The position numbers and the translations under genes were made by a program. A stretch of DNA of 64,000 bases from Camelus dromedarius (taxonomy: Eukaryota). Positions within the stretch are counted from its first letter, which is position 1. Every line of letters starts with the position of its first letter. Below are positions 51,801-64,000 of this stretch, piece after piece. Below the pieces are notes generated by a model, which made no database searches, had not been told where the DNA came from, and worked only from the letters and a program-made list of their open reading frames with translations. Where the stretch lies: assembly GCF_036321535.1 (NCBI RefSeq), contig NC_087437.1:66280001-66344000 (forward strand), given 5' to 3'.

Positions 51801-53519
51801 CAAATGAAAAAATAACTTACAGTAAGTTTATACTCAAAAGTTGTTGAAATTAACATGGTCAGAAACAAAAGTAATATGGAATATTGAGGGGAGTGAAGAT
51901 TTAGAACTCAGATTAAACTAGGTTTTTAGCAAATATTTTTAAGATTTATTTTACTAGGAAGTGAGGTATGAAGGGAATATTTGAAAGCTTTGAGAACTGC
52001 TATATATGTGTTGACTTGTGCTGGGGTTTATGTGCATTTAAAGCATATGCTGGAAATAAAAATGGTGGTGTTGACAAGATTTGAGTTATTCTTTCTACAG
52101 GTGGCGTTGGATTTGTGCTAACTAAATATCTGTTTGGGTGTTTCACCTTAAAACTAATGACATGCATGTTTAAGATAGCTGGCTGTTATAAAATTCGGAC
52201 TGCCTACTATTCACCTAGCTATCTTGTGTAGGAATCATTTATTGCATTTCTATCTGTCATGAAGGCTGCCATATAAGCAAGAGAGTTCATCAATTACGGA
52301 TATTGCTTTCTGGCTTTTGTCTACATTAATACCTCTGTGAACTTAAATGACTATAAATGTTACAGCATGCCTCTAACATTTGGATATTTATTTGGCTGGC
52401 AGTTTTATATTTGGTAGGGGAAAAACTCAAACCATTGGAAAATTAGATTATTATATTTTTAATCTTTTAAAATGTGAGGTATAGATGAATATGTATTTCA
52501 TAATCTTTGGTATCTAGGGTTAAATAGTATATTATTTTTCTTTTTTGAGGTTAATATGAATTCAGTTAACATCTTAAAAATAAAATAGCTATAATAGAAG
52601 AGTAGCAAAGGGAAAAAAACGTGTAGTTTAGTCAGTAAGCCTAAGGATTTATATTGTACTGAGAACTGGTTTTGGTTTTAGATTTGTCAAGAAAGAAGAA
52701 ACACAAGTTATAAATTGCTACTTCACAATGATTGTAGTCACTAGAATCTGTGTATTCTGAAATCACTAAAAGTAAAATTTAAAGCTCTTTAAAATTAGGT
52801 GCTAGGCTATATAGAATGGTTTACAGTAGTTTAAGAATTCAGAGAACAAGATGATTGTAAAGTATGCTCAGTCAAGAAGGAGGTGGCTTTGAGATTAAAT
52901 TAAAGAGAGTCTTTGGATTGCTACTGGCAGGGAGAGAAGGCACAAGGTAGTGAGAAGGCCATGAGTAGGCAGAGACTCCATGGCTGCTGAGCTAGTTATG
53001 AAAGAAGCTCATTTCAGAATGGGTTTGATTTTCTTTTAAGTTTCCCATCTCTTAGCCCCAAATTAACATTCCCCTGTTCTTTTCCCCATCTGACCTTTCT
53101 TGGAGAGGTATCACTGTTTTCTTAAAAAGAAGTAAGGCAGAGAAGCAAAAATTCAAAATCTTAGCTTTCTAAAGGCAGGGTGGTCTGAATAGAGTTAGTA
53201 TAATGTAGATGTTTTCAGTTGTATGTATCTTATTTTCAAGTAAAATAAGAAAGCCTTGAGGAGAGAATTAGGACCTTTAGAGTTGGAGAGATAAGGTTGT
53301 GGGTCTACCATTCACCTTTTGATCTGGGCAAATTTAACATTCTTTTCTTTATATTTAATACAGGAACAGTACTATGTACTTCATTGGGTTATTTTCATTA
53401 AGTGAAATCACATGTATTGACTAAACATAGTGCTTTGTCTACAGAATGACTGAATAAATGGTGGTTAAAATAATTACTTATAATTGAAACAGTTGAAGTA
53501 ATTCTATGTGATAAACTAA

Positions 53520-53873
<354 letters not shown>

Positions 53874-55529
53874 TAAATGATTATTTTTTCAGTTGTTTCT
53901 TTTTGCTTCAAATTTCATTTATGGTGCACATTTTTGTTCAGCTCAACTTCTGTAGTGACTTTATTTTCTGTTGTGTATTTTGTAGAGATAAAATTTACTG
54001 AAGATTGCACTGTTAGTTTTAAACTGCTGCTATGAGTGACATATGTATTTTAAATGCTGTGAAGGGTCGATTAAAATTTCTTAATTTCTTACTTTAAAAA
54101 AGTGGCCTCTCTCTGCCTTGGGTCTCACTGGTAAAGGAGACCAGAGAAACATTGCCTGTGGTAGATCATTTGGTACAGTTGACTGTGCTTCTTTTCTTAA
54201 AAAATTTCCTTTGAATCTGTGTGATCATTTTTTTCCCCATAACTGACCTTTCTTTGCTATCTTCTTATGTCTCTCTTCTATATACTCATAGAAACCAGTA
54301 CTTCCCACAGTTTATTTTCATTTTTCACACCATCTCTTCAGGGGATCTTGTGCATGGATGGTCAGAGAGCATCTCTACATTATGATATAGTGGAGCATCA
54401 GGAGACCTGGGCTCTAATCAGGGCTCTGCCATTAACAAGCCGTGTTAACTCTGTTCCCTTCCCTGCTCTTCCCACCTCTGCAACATTTTACTGAGAGTCT
54501 CGTATGTGCTAGGAACTGTACTAAACATTAAGGGATATAAAAATAAGAGGTGATTACTGCTCTGAAACAACACGTAGTCTAGTGTCTGTATGCTCCTGAA
54601 TGTCTCAAACATTCTAGAGAGGTTAAAAAAAAATTTCTAAAGTTTAGGTCTTCAGTTGTCTCTCTCCCGAGCATTAGTCCCATGTTGCCAAATGCCTACT
54701 GGATCTTGATATCTGAATGTTGTACTGTTGTCTCAAATTGGCAAGGCTTCTGTCTAATTCTGACTTATCTTTTAGTCTTAACGGAAATCTTTTCTATTGG
54801 TTCCCATTCCTTTTTGCTTTTTCCTTCTAACAGTTTTATCGTTCACCTGTCATTCAGACTCTTGCATTCTCTCATATCTCATATCTAGTCATCACCAAGC
54901 TTGGTTGATTTTTTTTTTTTCCCCTCACTGCCTCATTGAGCTATACCTTCTTTCCTTTTCTCATCACTACTGTTTCAGTCAGATCCTTGTTGTTACTTGG
55001 TTTAACCACTGGTAAAACTCTCCCTCTGATCTCACTTCCAGTCCCTTATGCTTGCCAACTTTAGAATAATTCCACAGTTAATTTTGGCCATGTTGTTCTC
55101 CTATACACAAATCTTCTCTGATTCCTCATAGTCTAGAAAATAAAGCCTGCCTGGTTTTAATTGTGCATTCAGGAGCTTCCATAGTCTTGCCATACCTCCA
55201 AATACTCAGCTTTTACAAACTGTATATGTTACTGTCCTTGAGATATATTGGTTTCTATGGCTTCTCTGCTTTTATTCAGTTTCCCTTCTACCTCTCCTGT
55301 TCTCCTGCTGTCTAAATCCTGGGCATATATAAAGATCCATGTCAGATTCTTCCTTTATGAAATTTCCCAGATGATTCCAGCCAGCCATATGGATCTTCTA
55401 TTCTAGATTGCTTGAACACTTAATGTTCATAAACTAGGAAATTCCAATTTTTTTCATGACAGGAACTCTATTATTACGTCCATCTCCTGGATACCCACAA
55501 ATTTAATGTGTTTTTGAATTAGTAGTTGA

Positions 55530-55770
55530 TGATAGCAAATACTTATCAAATCCTTAATATATGCTTAGTAATCTAAGGTTTTTACATGAGTAGTTTTATA
55601 TAAGCCTTATCATTACTACTGTGAGGTTGGTATTGTTATTATTCAGATAAGGAAACCTGCCCACAAAGAGATTATAAATTAACCTGTCCAGGGTCATACA
55701 GTTAGCAAGTGAGTAAATGGGCAGAAAAATGAATCCAAACAGTCTGACTCCAGAATACTTTGTTACATTT
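55530..55770 (-). mobile_element. MIR SINE
   Basis: ctgtgaggttggtattgtta, cagataaggaaac, aacctgtccagggtcatacagttagcaagt, cagtctgactccaga. Confidence 0.72.
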
Positions 55771-55839
55771 TATCTTTGCTATGTCAAACTAATATATTCT
55801 GTTCAGAAGTATGGTACTTGTGTTCTTTTTCTTGCTTTT

Positions 55840-58100
55840 TAAAAAAATTGAAATTTTTTCCTTTAGCATGGTTAAGTTATTCATTTGAAGTACAGTTTGA
55901 GTCATCCGTTTGTATACATATCCCTTTATAGAACTTTATCCCCATTCTTTTTGACTTAAAAAAAATTATATTTTCAATCTGTGAAACACTAACATGGTCC
56001 CTAAAATCAGAAATACACAAATGTTGTTCCCTCTGTATTCCTGGTCTTGTTTCCATTCAGTCTCTAGATAGCCAGTCTTACCATGTTCTGGTTTATTTTT
56101 TTCTGGGTTTGTTTTGCCCAAATGAGCTGCAAGTATACCGTTATTCCTTGGTATCCAGGGAGGACTGGTCCCAAGACCCTGCCCCCTGTGGGTATCCCTG
56201 TGGATACCAAAAATCTGTGGCTGTTCAAGTTCCTTATATAAAATGGTGTGGTATTTCCATATAACCCAAGCACATCCTCCCATATACTTTAGTCATCTCT
56301 AGATTACTTATAATTCCTAAGACAGTGTGGATACTTTATAGTTGTAAATACTATGTAAATGTTGTGTAAATAGTTGCTGATGTGGCAAGTACAAGTTTTG
56401 AATTTTGGAACATCCTGGAGTTTTTTCTCCCCTAATGTTTTTATCTGAGCTTGGTTAAATCCCTGGGGGCCCCTATGGAGCAGAGGGCCGACTATAATTT
56501 TCTTGCTTTCTTTTTTATGTAAAATGTAATGTTGTTAAAGATATTCTTTTGTACTTTACTTTTTCTGTTAACTATCGTTCCTGGAAGTCATTGTGTATCA
56601 TGTCAGAGATTTTTCTCATCATTCTTACAGCTTCGTAGTATTGCAGAGTTGATTCCAACCTTCTTCTATATATGGATACTGAATTTTTTTTTCAATATTT
56701 TATAATCTCCAAGAAGGCTGTTATGAAAACCTTTGTGCATATGTAATTTTTTTTTTATTGGATGTATATCTTCAGGGTAAATTAAGAACTAGGACTGCTG
56801 AATCAAAGCATAAACACATAGGCAGTTTTGTATGATACTGCTGAGCTTCCCTGCATAAGGGGTTGTACAGATTTGCATTCTCTCCAGTAACAACATATGA
56901 ATGCCTGTCTATCCACAGCTGACAATTTGCATTGATTTACTTTTTTAGTTTTTGCCAGTCTTGAGGTGAGAAATGGTATCTCATTGTAGTTTTAATTTAC
57001 AATCTTATAAATGTAATTTTAACATCTTTTTATCCTTTCAGTGGCCATTTTACTTGTTTTTGTGAATGTGTGTGAAAATTGTCCTTTTTTTCTTTTTTTA
57101 GCCCACTTTAAAAATGAATTTTTGATCTTTTCCTCTCAACGCTGAAGAATTCTTTATTATGGATATAATTTTTGTCTGTGATGTAGTATTATTGCTTTGT
57201 GTGTTCTTTTTTTTTTTTTTTTTTTTTTTTTGCCATATAGATGTCCCCCCTGCCTCCATGCAGTCAAATTTGGTGTTCTTTTATCATACCTGGATTTTAT
57301 TGTGATTAGAAGGCCTTTTCTTTAGCTTAAAGGGAAACTCAGCCATATTTTCTAGCATTTGTAATATTTCACTTTTTACATTTAGATCCCTGGTCCATTT
57401 GAAGTTTATTCATATATATGGAGTTTATTACTATGCATGGTTTGAAATATTGATCTAATTTTATCCTTTGTAAATCATTAATCAGTTGTCTAAGTACAGT
57501 TTATTAAAAGGTCTGTCTTTGTTCCAGTGATTTGAGGTGCTGTTGTTACTGTATGCTAAATTTCCACATATACTTGGTCTATTTCTGGACTTTCCAGTTG
57601 TGTTTTACTAGGTCATTTGCATATTTTTATGTCAGTATCACAGTTTTAATTATGCATCTTTATAGTATGTTCTAATGTCTGGTATGGCTAATCTGCCTTT
57701 GTAGCTTTTCTTTTTCATGTTTTTCCAGCTATTTTTTGGATGTTTATTTTTCCATATGAACTTTGTTATCAGTTTGGCTAACTTCATAAAAAAACGTTGA
57801 TATTTGTAATTGGAATTTCTAAACTGTATATTAACTTATTAGGGAGTTAAATCACCTATTGATTTGAATTACCAAGGAATAAGAGACATCTTTCCATTTG
57901 TTCAGGTTTACTTCTGTGTTTTTCAGGAGTTTTACATACAAAGGATTTTGACATTTGTTGTTAAGCTTATTCTTCCTAAGTATTTTATTGTTTTTGTTCC
58001 TATTGTATAACTTTGGTTTTGTTTTCCTTCTGAATGCTAATAAGTGGCAGGCTATCTTATAGTATACTAGTTCAGTTATTTCCAATGTATCACTTTTTCT
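55840..58100 (-). mobile_element. Old L1 (L1MC/L1ME-like), interrupted by the MER2 element
   Basis: Minus ORF 57852-58085 contains EVNLNKWKDVSYS (ORF2 motif); gtgagaaatggtatctcattgtagttttaatt. Confidence 0.75.
56138..56494 (+). mobile_element. MER2-family TcMar-Tigger MITE
   Basis: TA-flanked; ccttggtatcc...ggataccaaaaatc...ccttatataaaatgg...cacatcctcccatatacttta...catctctagattacttataat...gagggccgacta. Confidence 0.88.
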
Positions 58101-59049
58101 TTGTGGAACTTAAGTATTCTTTGTTCTTCTTCCTAAATATTAACTATTTGCCAGAAAATAAAATTTGATATATTGACCAATTCATTTCTCTTAATTATTA
58201 TAAAACAGCAATTTTCCTGGCAGCTTACAATTCTGTAGTTTCACCTCTGTGATTTTAAATAGCTGCTACCTAAGATTGCAGTAAATAATTATGTATTTTC
58301 AAAACAAGACTGGAATAGGGTCTTCTTGCCCAGTTACATAGACCAACATTCTGAACCTCTGCTGGTGTCAGTGAGAGGCAGTTTGTTTCAGTGAAAAAAC
58401 AAGAAGGGAAAGAATGGTTAGAAATAAAAAGAAAACCAAGGGTAATTTTTCCTGCTATATCTAAAGACTGAATTTTTTTTTTTAAATAAATTTCTGGTGT
58501 AATACTTCATTTCAGTGGTGTTTTAGTTACAATTTGAATGCCCTTTTCCTTCTGGACCCATAATACTATGGCAAATTATTTAAATTAAAATTAAACTACC
58601 TCAACTCGCCAGTTTGGAAGTGCTTATGATAGAAAATGCTGTAGTGGTGGTTTTAGGTGTAAAGTCCAGCTAGGTACCTTATGTAGGAGATCTTTGATAT
58701 AAGAGCAGGGAGAAGATTAATCAATCCCCAAAGCTACTGATGATTGTTGAGGCTGGCTTTTCCAATTTGAAGATCAGTAAGCTACATTTTTAATTAATTA
58801 GTGATCTTAGCTTCATTAACTATTAATTTCAGTTCTCCTTTGAACTAGTCATAGGTTTCATATATCCTGCATGGTTTCATTTCCTCTGTGGTTGGGATGT
58901 GGGGGTAGGGAAGTGAAGTGTCACTGTTGTTCTGTTGTGAATGGAGAGTGATTTGAGCCCTACTTCTAATGTATACCATTTTGAAGAGTGAGGAGAGATA
59001 ATGTCTGGGCTCCATCCTTTGCGATCATTCTCTGCATATTCTGGAGACA

Positions 59050-59225
59050 ATATAGAAGAAATAAGACCTTGGTCCACTACTAGTAGTTTTGTAAGCTTGA
59101 GCATATCCATTAACTTTATGAGCCTCAGTTTCATCATCTGTAAAGCTGAAATGCTATTACTACAACAATGCCCTAGTTTGATACATAAAAATTTTGGTGC
59201 ATAAAAAAACCCAGTAAATATTGTG
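59050..59225 (+). mobile_element. MIR SINE
   Basis: tgagcctcagtttcatcatctgtaaa core. Confidence 0.7.
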
Positions 59226-59589
59226 CTCTCGTTTTGCTCCATTTACTCACTTGATTTTTGTCTTAATCAAATGAAGCAATGTATTGAGAATATTTACTTA
59301 ATTTTAAAACCCCTTAAAATTAAGTTCTATTGTTTTTATTTTTAGGCATCTTAATTACTACAAACTGCTATTTATTTTGGATTTTTTCCTCTTTGCTTTG
59401 CTTTCTCTTAATTCTATTCTCAGGTACCTAATTATTTGTAATTATATAGCTATTTTAAGTCCTTTGTGGAAAATCTATTTCTTGATAAAATTGGCAGACA
59501 ACTTGAAAGAAATAGTAATCTTTAGTTATGCCATATAGAGCTGTATTCTTTGGGTCATGAAAACTTGTAGTTACCAAGTGTAAAAAAAC

Positions 59590-59905
59590 AGGTTTTAACC
59601 TTTGTAGAGGAGATAGAAGATGTAGGAAAAGTCTTAACACGGCATTGCAGATCTAAGAAAGTTACAGCAAAACCAGTAGAGAATCATCAGTCCAAGGTTG
59701 AACCATTAGAGGAATCCAGTGTCTCCTGGGAAAAGGGCTTTATTAAGTACATCTGCCATGCTGAGTCATTGGCTGGGAACAGTTCGTGGGAAGCTTGGCT
59801 TGGCCCCAAAGAAGAGAATGGCTTTGAGAGCTCAGTAGCTGGGACCATTGGTCAATGAAATTTCCTGCAATGGGATATCTGAGAGGCACATTTTCATAGT
59901 TAACA
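59590..59905. mobile_element. Possible ERVL LTR relic (LTR33-like)
   Basis: ctgccatgctgagtcattggctgggaacag...gggaagcttggcttggcc resembles old ERVL LTRs; assignment tentative. Confidence 0.4.
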
Positions 59906-60189
59906 CACCAAACTTTCTAAGGTAACAGACTGTTTTATGCTACTTTCTCAAGTGCCTATGTAGGATGATTAATAAAATATGTTTTTAATTGAATTGAATT
60001 TTCAGAGACTGTATAAAGGTTAATGGGGAAGGAGTCTGTTGATTTTGCTTTTAAAATTATATGTAGTTTTATTGCCTCCATTATCCCAGAGAGAAAAAAA
60101 GTGGAAGCATGCCATTTGTGGTCCTGAATGTCTTTTTTCTGCCTTTCAGTGACTTGAATGGCTTGAAAGAAAGAGAAATAAAACTTATT

Positions 60190-62010
60190 AGAAGGCAGCC
60201 AGAGCAATTAGGCAAGAAAAAGAAGTAAAAGGCATCCAAATTGGAAAAGAAGAAGTAAAACTGTCACTATTTGCAGATGACATGATATTGTGTATGGAAA
60301 ATCCATTAAAAAAAAAAAGCAACTTAGAATAAACCAATTCAGTAAAGTTTCACACATATCTCTTGCATTTCTGTATACTAATAACAAACTACCAGACAAA
60401 ACAGTCTCATTAACAGTTGCACTGAAAAGAATAAAATACCTAGGAATAGGTTTGACCAAGGAGTTGAAAGACCTGTGTATTAAAAACTAAAAGACATTAA
60501 TGAAAGAAATTGATGAAGACACAATTAAATGGAAAGATATTATTGCTTATGAAATGGAAGAATCAATATTGTTAAAATGTCCATACTACCCAAAACAATC
60601 TAGGAATTTCATGCAATCCCTATCAAAATTCCAATGACAGTTTTCAAAGAAATAAAACAAATAATCCCAAAATTTGTATGGAACCGCAAAATCCCCCAAT
60701 AGTCAATGCAGTCTTGAGAAGGAAGACAAATTTGGAGGCATCATGCTTCATGATTTCAAACTATATTACAAAGCTACATTAATTAAAACAGTGTTGTATT
60801 GGCATAAAAAAAGACACATAGATCAATGGAACAGAATAGAGCCCAGAAATAAGCCGATGCATGTATGTTCAAATCATTTATGATGAAGGAGATAAGAATA
60901 TATAGTGGGAAAAGGACAATCTCTACAATAAATGATGTTGAGAAAACTGAACAGCCACATGCAAAAGAGTGAAATTCAACCACTGTCTTATACCATACGC
61001 AAAAATTAACTCAAAATGGGTTAAAGACCTAAATATAAGATCTAAAACCATAAAACTCCTACAAGAAAACGTACGTGGTAAACTCCATGACATAGGTCTT
61101 AGCAGTGATGTTTTAAATCTAAAACCCAAAGCAGAAGCAACGAAAGCAAAAATAAACAAGTGGGACTACATCAGACTAAAAAGTTCCTGCACAGCAGAGG
61201 AAACCATCAACAAAATGAAAAGGCAACCCATTGAACGGGAGAAAGCTAATATCTAAAATATGTAAAGAACTCATACAACTCAGTAGCAAAAACCCCAACA
61301 ACCTGATTAAAAAATGGGCAATTGACTTGAATTGACATTTTTCCAAAGAAGATGTACAGATGGCCAACAGGTATATGAAGATGCTCAACATCACCAGTCA
61401 TCAGGGAAATGCAAATTAGAACCACAGTAAGGTATCACCTCATACCTGTGAGGATGGCTGTTATGAAAAAGGCAAGAAATAACAAGTATTGGCAAGAATG
61501 TGGATAAAGGGAACCTTTGGGCACTGTTTAGGAGAAAATGGATGGTGCAAGCACTATGAAAAGCAGTGTGGAGATTCCTCAAAATATAAAAAATAGAATT
61601 ACCATAGGATCCAGCAGTTCCACTTTTGGATATTTATCTGAAGAAAATGACAAAATACTAACTTGAAAAGATTAATGTACCCCATGTTTATTGCAGCATT
61701 ATTTACAATAACCAAGCTATGGAAACAACCTAAGTGTTCATAAATGGATGAATGAATAAAGAAATTGTGATATGTATGTATATGATGAAATAAAATTCAG
61801 CTGTAAAAAGGAAATCCTGATATTGTGATAACATGGATAGACCTTGAGGGCATTGTGTTAAGTGAAATAAATTAGACAGAAAAATAGAAATATCACATGG
61901 TCTCTTATGTATGAAATCTTTAAAAAAGGAACAGCAATGACAAAAGATTAAGTTCATAGATACAGAGATTGGTGGTTGCCAGAGGCGGGAGGTGGGAGAA
62001 AAGTGTGAAG
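60190..62010 (+). mobile_element. L1 (L1MA-like) ORF2 3' part plus partial 3' UTR, sense; no poly-A tail
   Basis: ORF fragments with DFKLYYKA...[14 protein letters not shown] and PYAKINSKWVKDLN...KINKWDYIRLKSSCTAEETI; frameshifted. Confidence 0.95.
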
Positions 62011-64000
62011 TGTCTGTTCAGGTCTTTTGCCCATTTCTAATAGTTGATTGTTTTCTTGCTGTTGAGTTTAAAGAGTTCTTTGTATATCTTGGATAACAGT
62101 GCTTTCTAAGATGTGTTTTACAGAGATTTTCTCCCAGTCTGTGACTTGTCTTTTCATTAGTGACTTAGAGCAGAAATTTTATATTTTAAATGAAAAGTCA
62201 AATTTACAACTTTTCTTTCATGGGTTGTGCTTTTTGGTGTTGCATCTAAAAAGTCACCACCAAACCCAAGGACACTTGAATTTTCTCCCATGTTGTCTTG
62301 TAAGTGTTTTATAGTTTTGCCCTTTACATTTAGGCCTTTGATCCATTTTGAGTTAATTTTTGTGAAGGGTGTAAGATCTGTGTTTAGATTCATTTCTTTG
62401 CATGTTCAGTTGTTCAAACACTATCAGTTGAAAAGACTGTCCTTTCTCCATTGAAATGCCTTTTTTCCTTTGTCAAAGTTCTTTTGGTTATATCTGGTGG
62501 CTATTTCTGGGCTTTCTGTTCTGTTCCAGGGATCTATTTGTTTGTTCTTTCTCTAGTAGCATACTGTTTTTTGTTTTTCTGGGCTTTTTTTCCCCCTGTA
62601 GCTTTACTGTAAGTCTTTAAGTCAGTTAGCATCAGTCTTTTGACTGTTCTACAATACTGAAGTGTCAGCTGTTCGATTGCCACAAAATAACTTGCTGGGA
62701 TTTTTATTGGGATTGCATTAAATCTATAGATCATGTTAGGAAGAACTGGCATCTTGACAATATTGAGTCTTCCTCTCCATATACAAGATAGGTTTCCATT
62801 TATTTAGATCTTTGATTTCTTTCCTCAAAGTTTTATAGTATTTGTCCTGTAGATCTTGTACATAGTTTGTTTGCTTTATACCTAAGTATTTCTTGTTGGG
62901 GGGCAGTGGTGGTGGGTGCCGTTGTAAACTGTATTGTTTTTTAATTTCAAATTTCAGTTGTTTATTGCTGGTACATAAAAAAGCAGTTGACCTTAATCTT
63001 GTATCCTGCAACCTTGCTATAGTCGGTTATTAGTTCCAGGGTGTTTTCTGTTTTTGATGCCTTGAGATTTTTTACACAGAAAGTCATGTCATTATGAACA
63101 AAGATAGCTTTACTTTTTTTTCTTAGTTTGTGTACCCTTTATTACCTTCATTGGGCAGCACAGGGCCATCTTACTGCATTCTATGCAGTGTTGAGTAGGA
63201 ATGGTGAGAATCTTGAGTCTTTATTGCCTGTAAAGTATAGAGTTACCTGTAGAATTTTTGTAGATGTTCTTTATCAAGTTGAGGATGTTTCTCTTTATTC
63301 CTAGTTTGCTTAGAGTTCTTATGAATGGATGTTGAATTCTGTCAAGTACATTTTCTACATCTATAGATATGATTAAGAAATTGATCAGTTTCAGCTACGT
63401 TATCAAATTTATGGGTACAGAGTTTGTTATGATATTTCTTTATTATTCTTTTATTGTCCATGAGATCTGTGGTGATGGCACCTCTTTGCTTTTGATATTA
63501 GTAATTTATGTCTTCTCTCTTCTTAGTTAACCTGGCTAGAGGCTTACCAGTCTTATTGATCTTTTCAAAGAACTGTCTTTTGATTTTGCTGATTTTTCTT
63601 TGTTGATTTCCTATTTTCAGTTTCTTCTCTAATTTTTATTATTTCTTTTCTTCTGCCTACTTTGGGTTTAATTTGTTCTTTTTCTAGTTTTCTAAGTTGC
63701 AAGCTTAGATGGTTGATTTTGGATTTTCTTATTTAATATATGCAATCGTTGCTAAAAATTTCCCTCCAAGCACTGCTTCCACTGCATTCACAAATTTTGA
63801 TTTAGCTCAAAATACTTATTTTCTCTTGAGACCTCTTTGACCCATGTGTTAATTTAGAAGTATGTTGTTTATGCTCCAAATATTGTGGGGTCTTTCTGAC
63901 TGTTTTTCTGTTATTGATTTCTGGTTTAATTTCATTGAGGTCTGAGAGCATACCTTGTATGATGATTATTCTTTTTAATTTGCTCAGGTATGTTTTATGT
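62005..64000 (-). mobile_element. L1 (older L1M) ORF2 region, antisense; lacks the 3' UTR and continues past the window end
   Basis: Minus ORFs with LTPFTKINSKWIKGLNV, LPNMIYRFNAIPIKIP, EIKDLNKWK. Confidence 0.93.

Noticed and set aside
52090..52110. CTCF-like motif caggtggcg
   Set aside because: Only the 3' half of the motif matches, which is not enough without ChIP or conservation data.
60208..63011. Dense ORF cluster on both strands as an operon or active retroelement
   Set aside because: All are frameshifted L1 ORF2 remnants or their antisense frames; there is no intact ORF1/ORF2 or 5' UTR.

Overview
Mammalian genomic DNA that is AT-rich, CpG-poor and repeat-rich; it is not microbial. 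The window lies inside GSK3B (+ strand): about 53.6 kb of intron 1, the 194-nt coding exon 2 (53635-53828; Gly-rich loop and catalytic VAIK lysine), then about 10 kb of intron 2. An intronic miRNA hairpin matching my recollection of mir-6529 sits at ~313-401 on the host strand. Two tRNA-derived SINEs resembling camelid Vic-1, a Tigger1 internal-deletion MITE, and no recognisable Alu, BovB/Bov-A/Bov-tA or PRE-1 elements suggest a camelid (alpaca/llama/camel). The rest is mostly old L1, L2, MIR, MaLR LTR and hAT/Tigger DNA-transposon relics. Apart from the exon, the ORF track is L1 debris or chance ORFs. I found no support for a previously undescribed biological system. The best leads are the miRNA, a competing 3' splice site upstream of exon 2, and a tail-to-tail L1 fusion. 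Repeat family names and boundaries were assigned by eye from remembered consensus sequences and are approximate.
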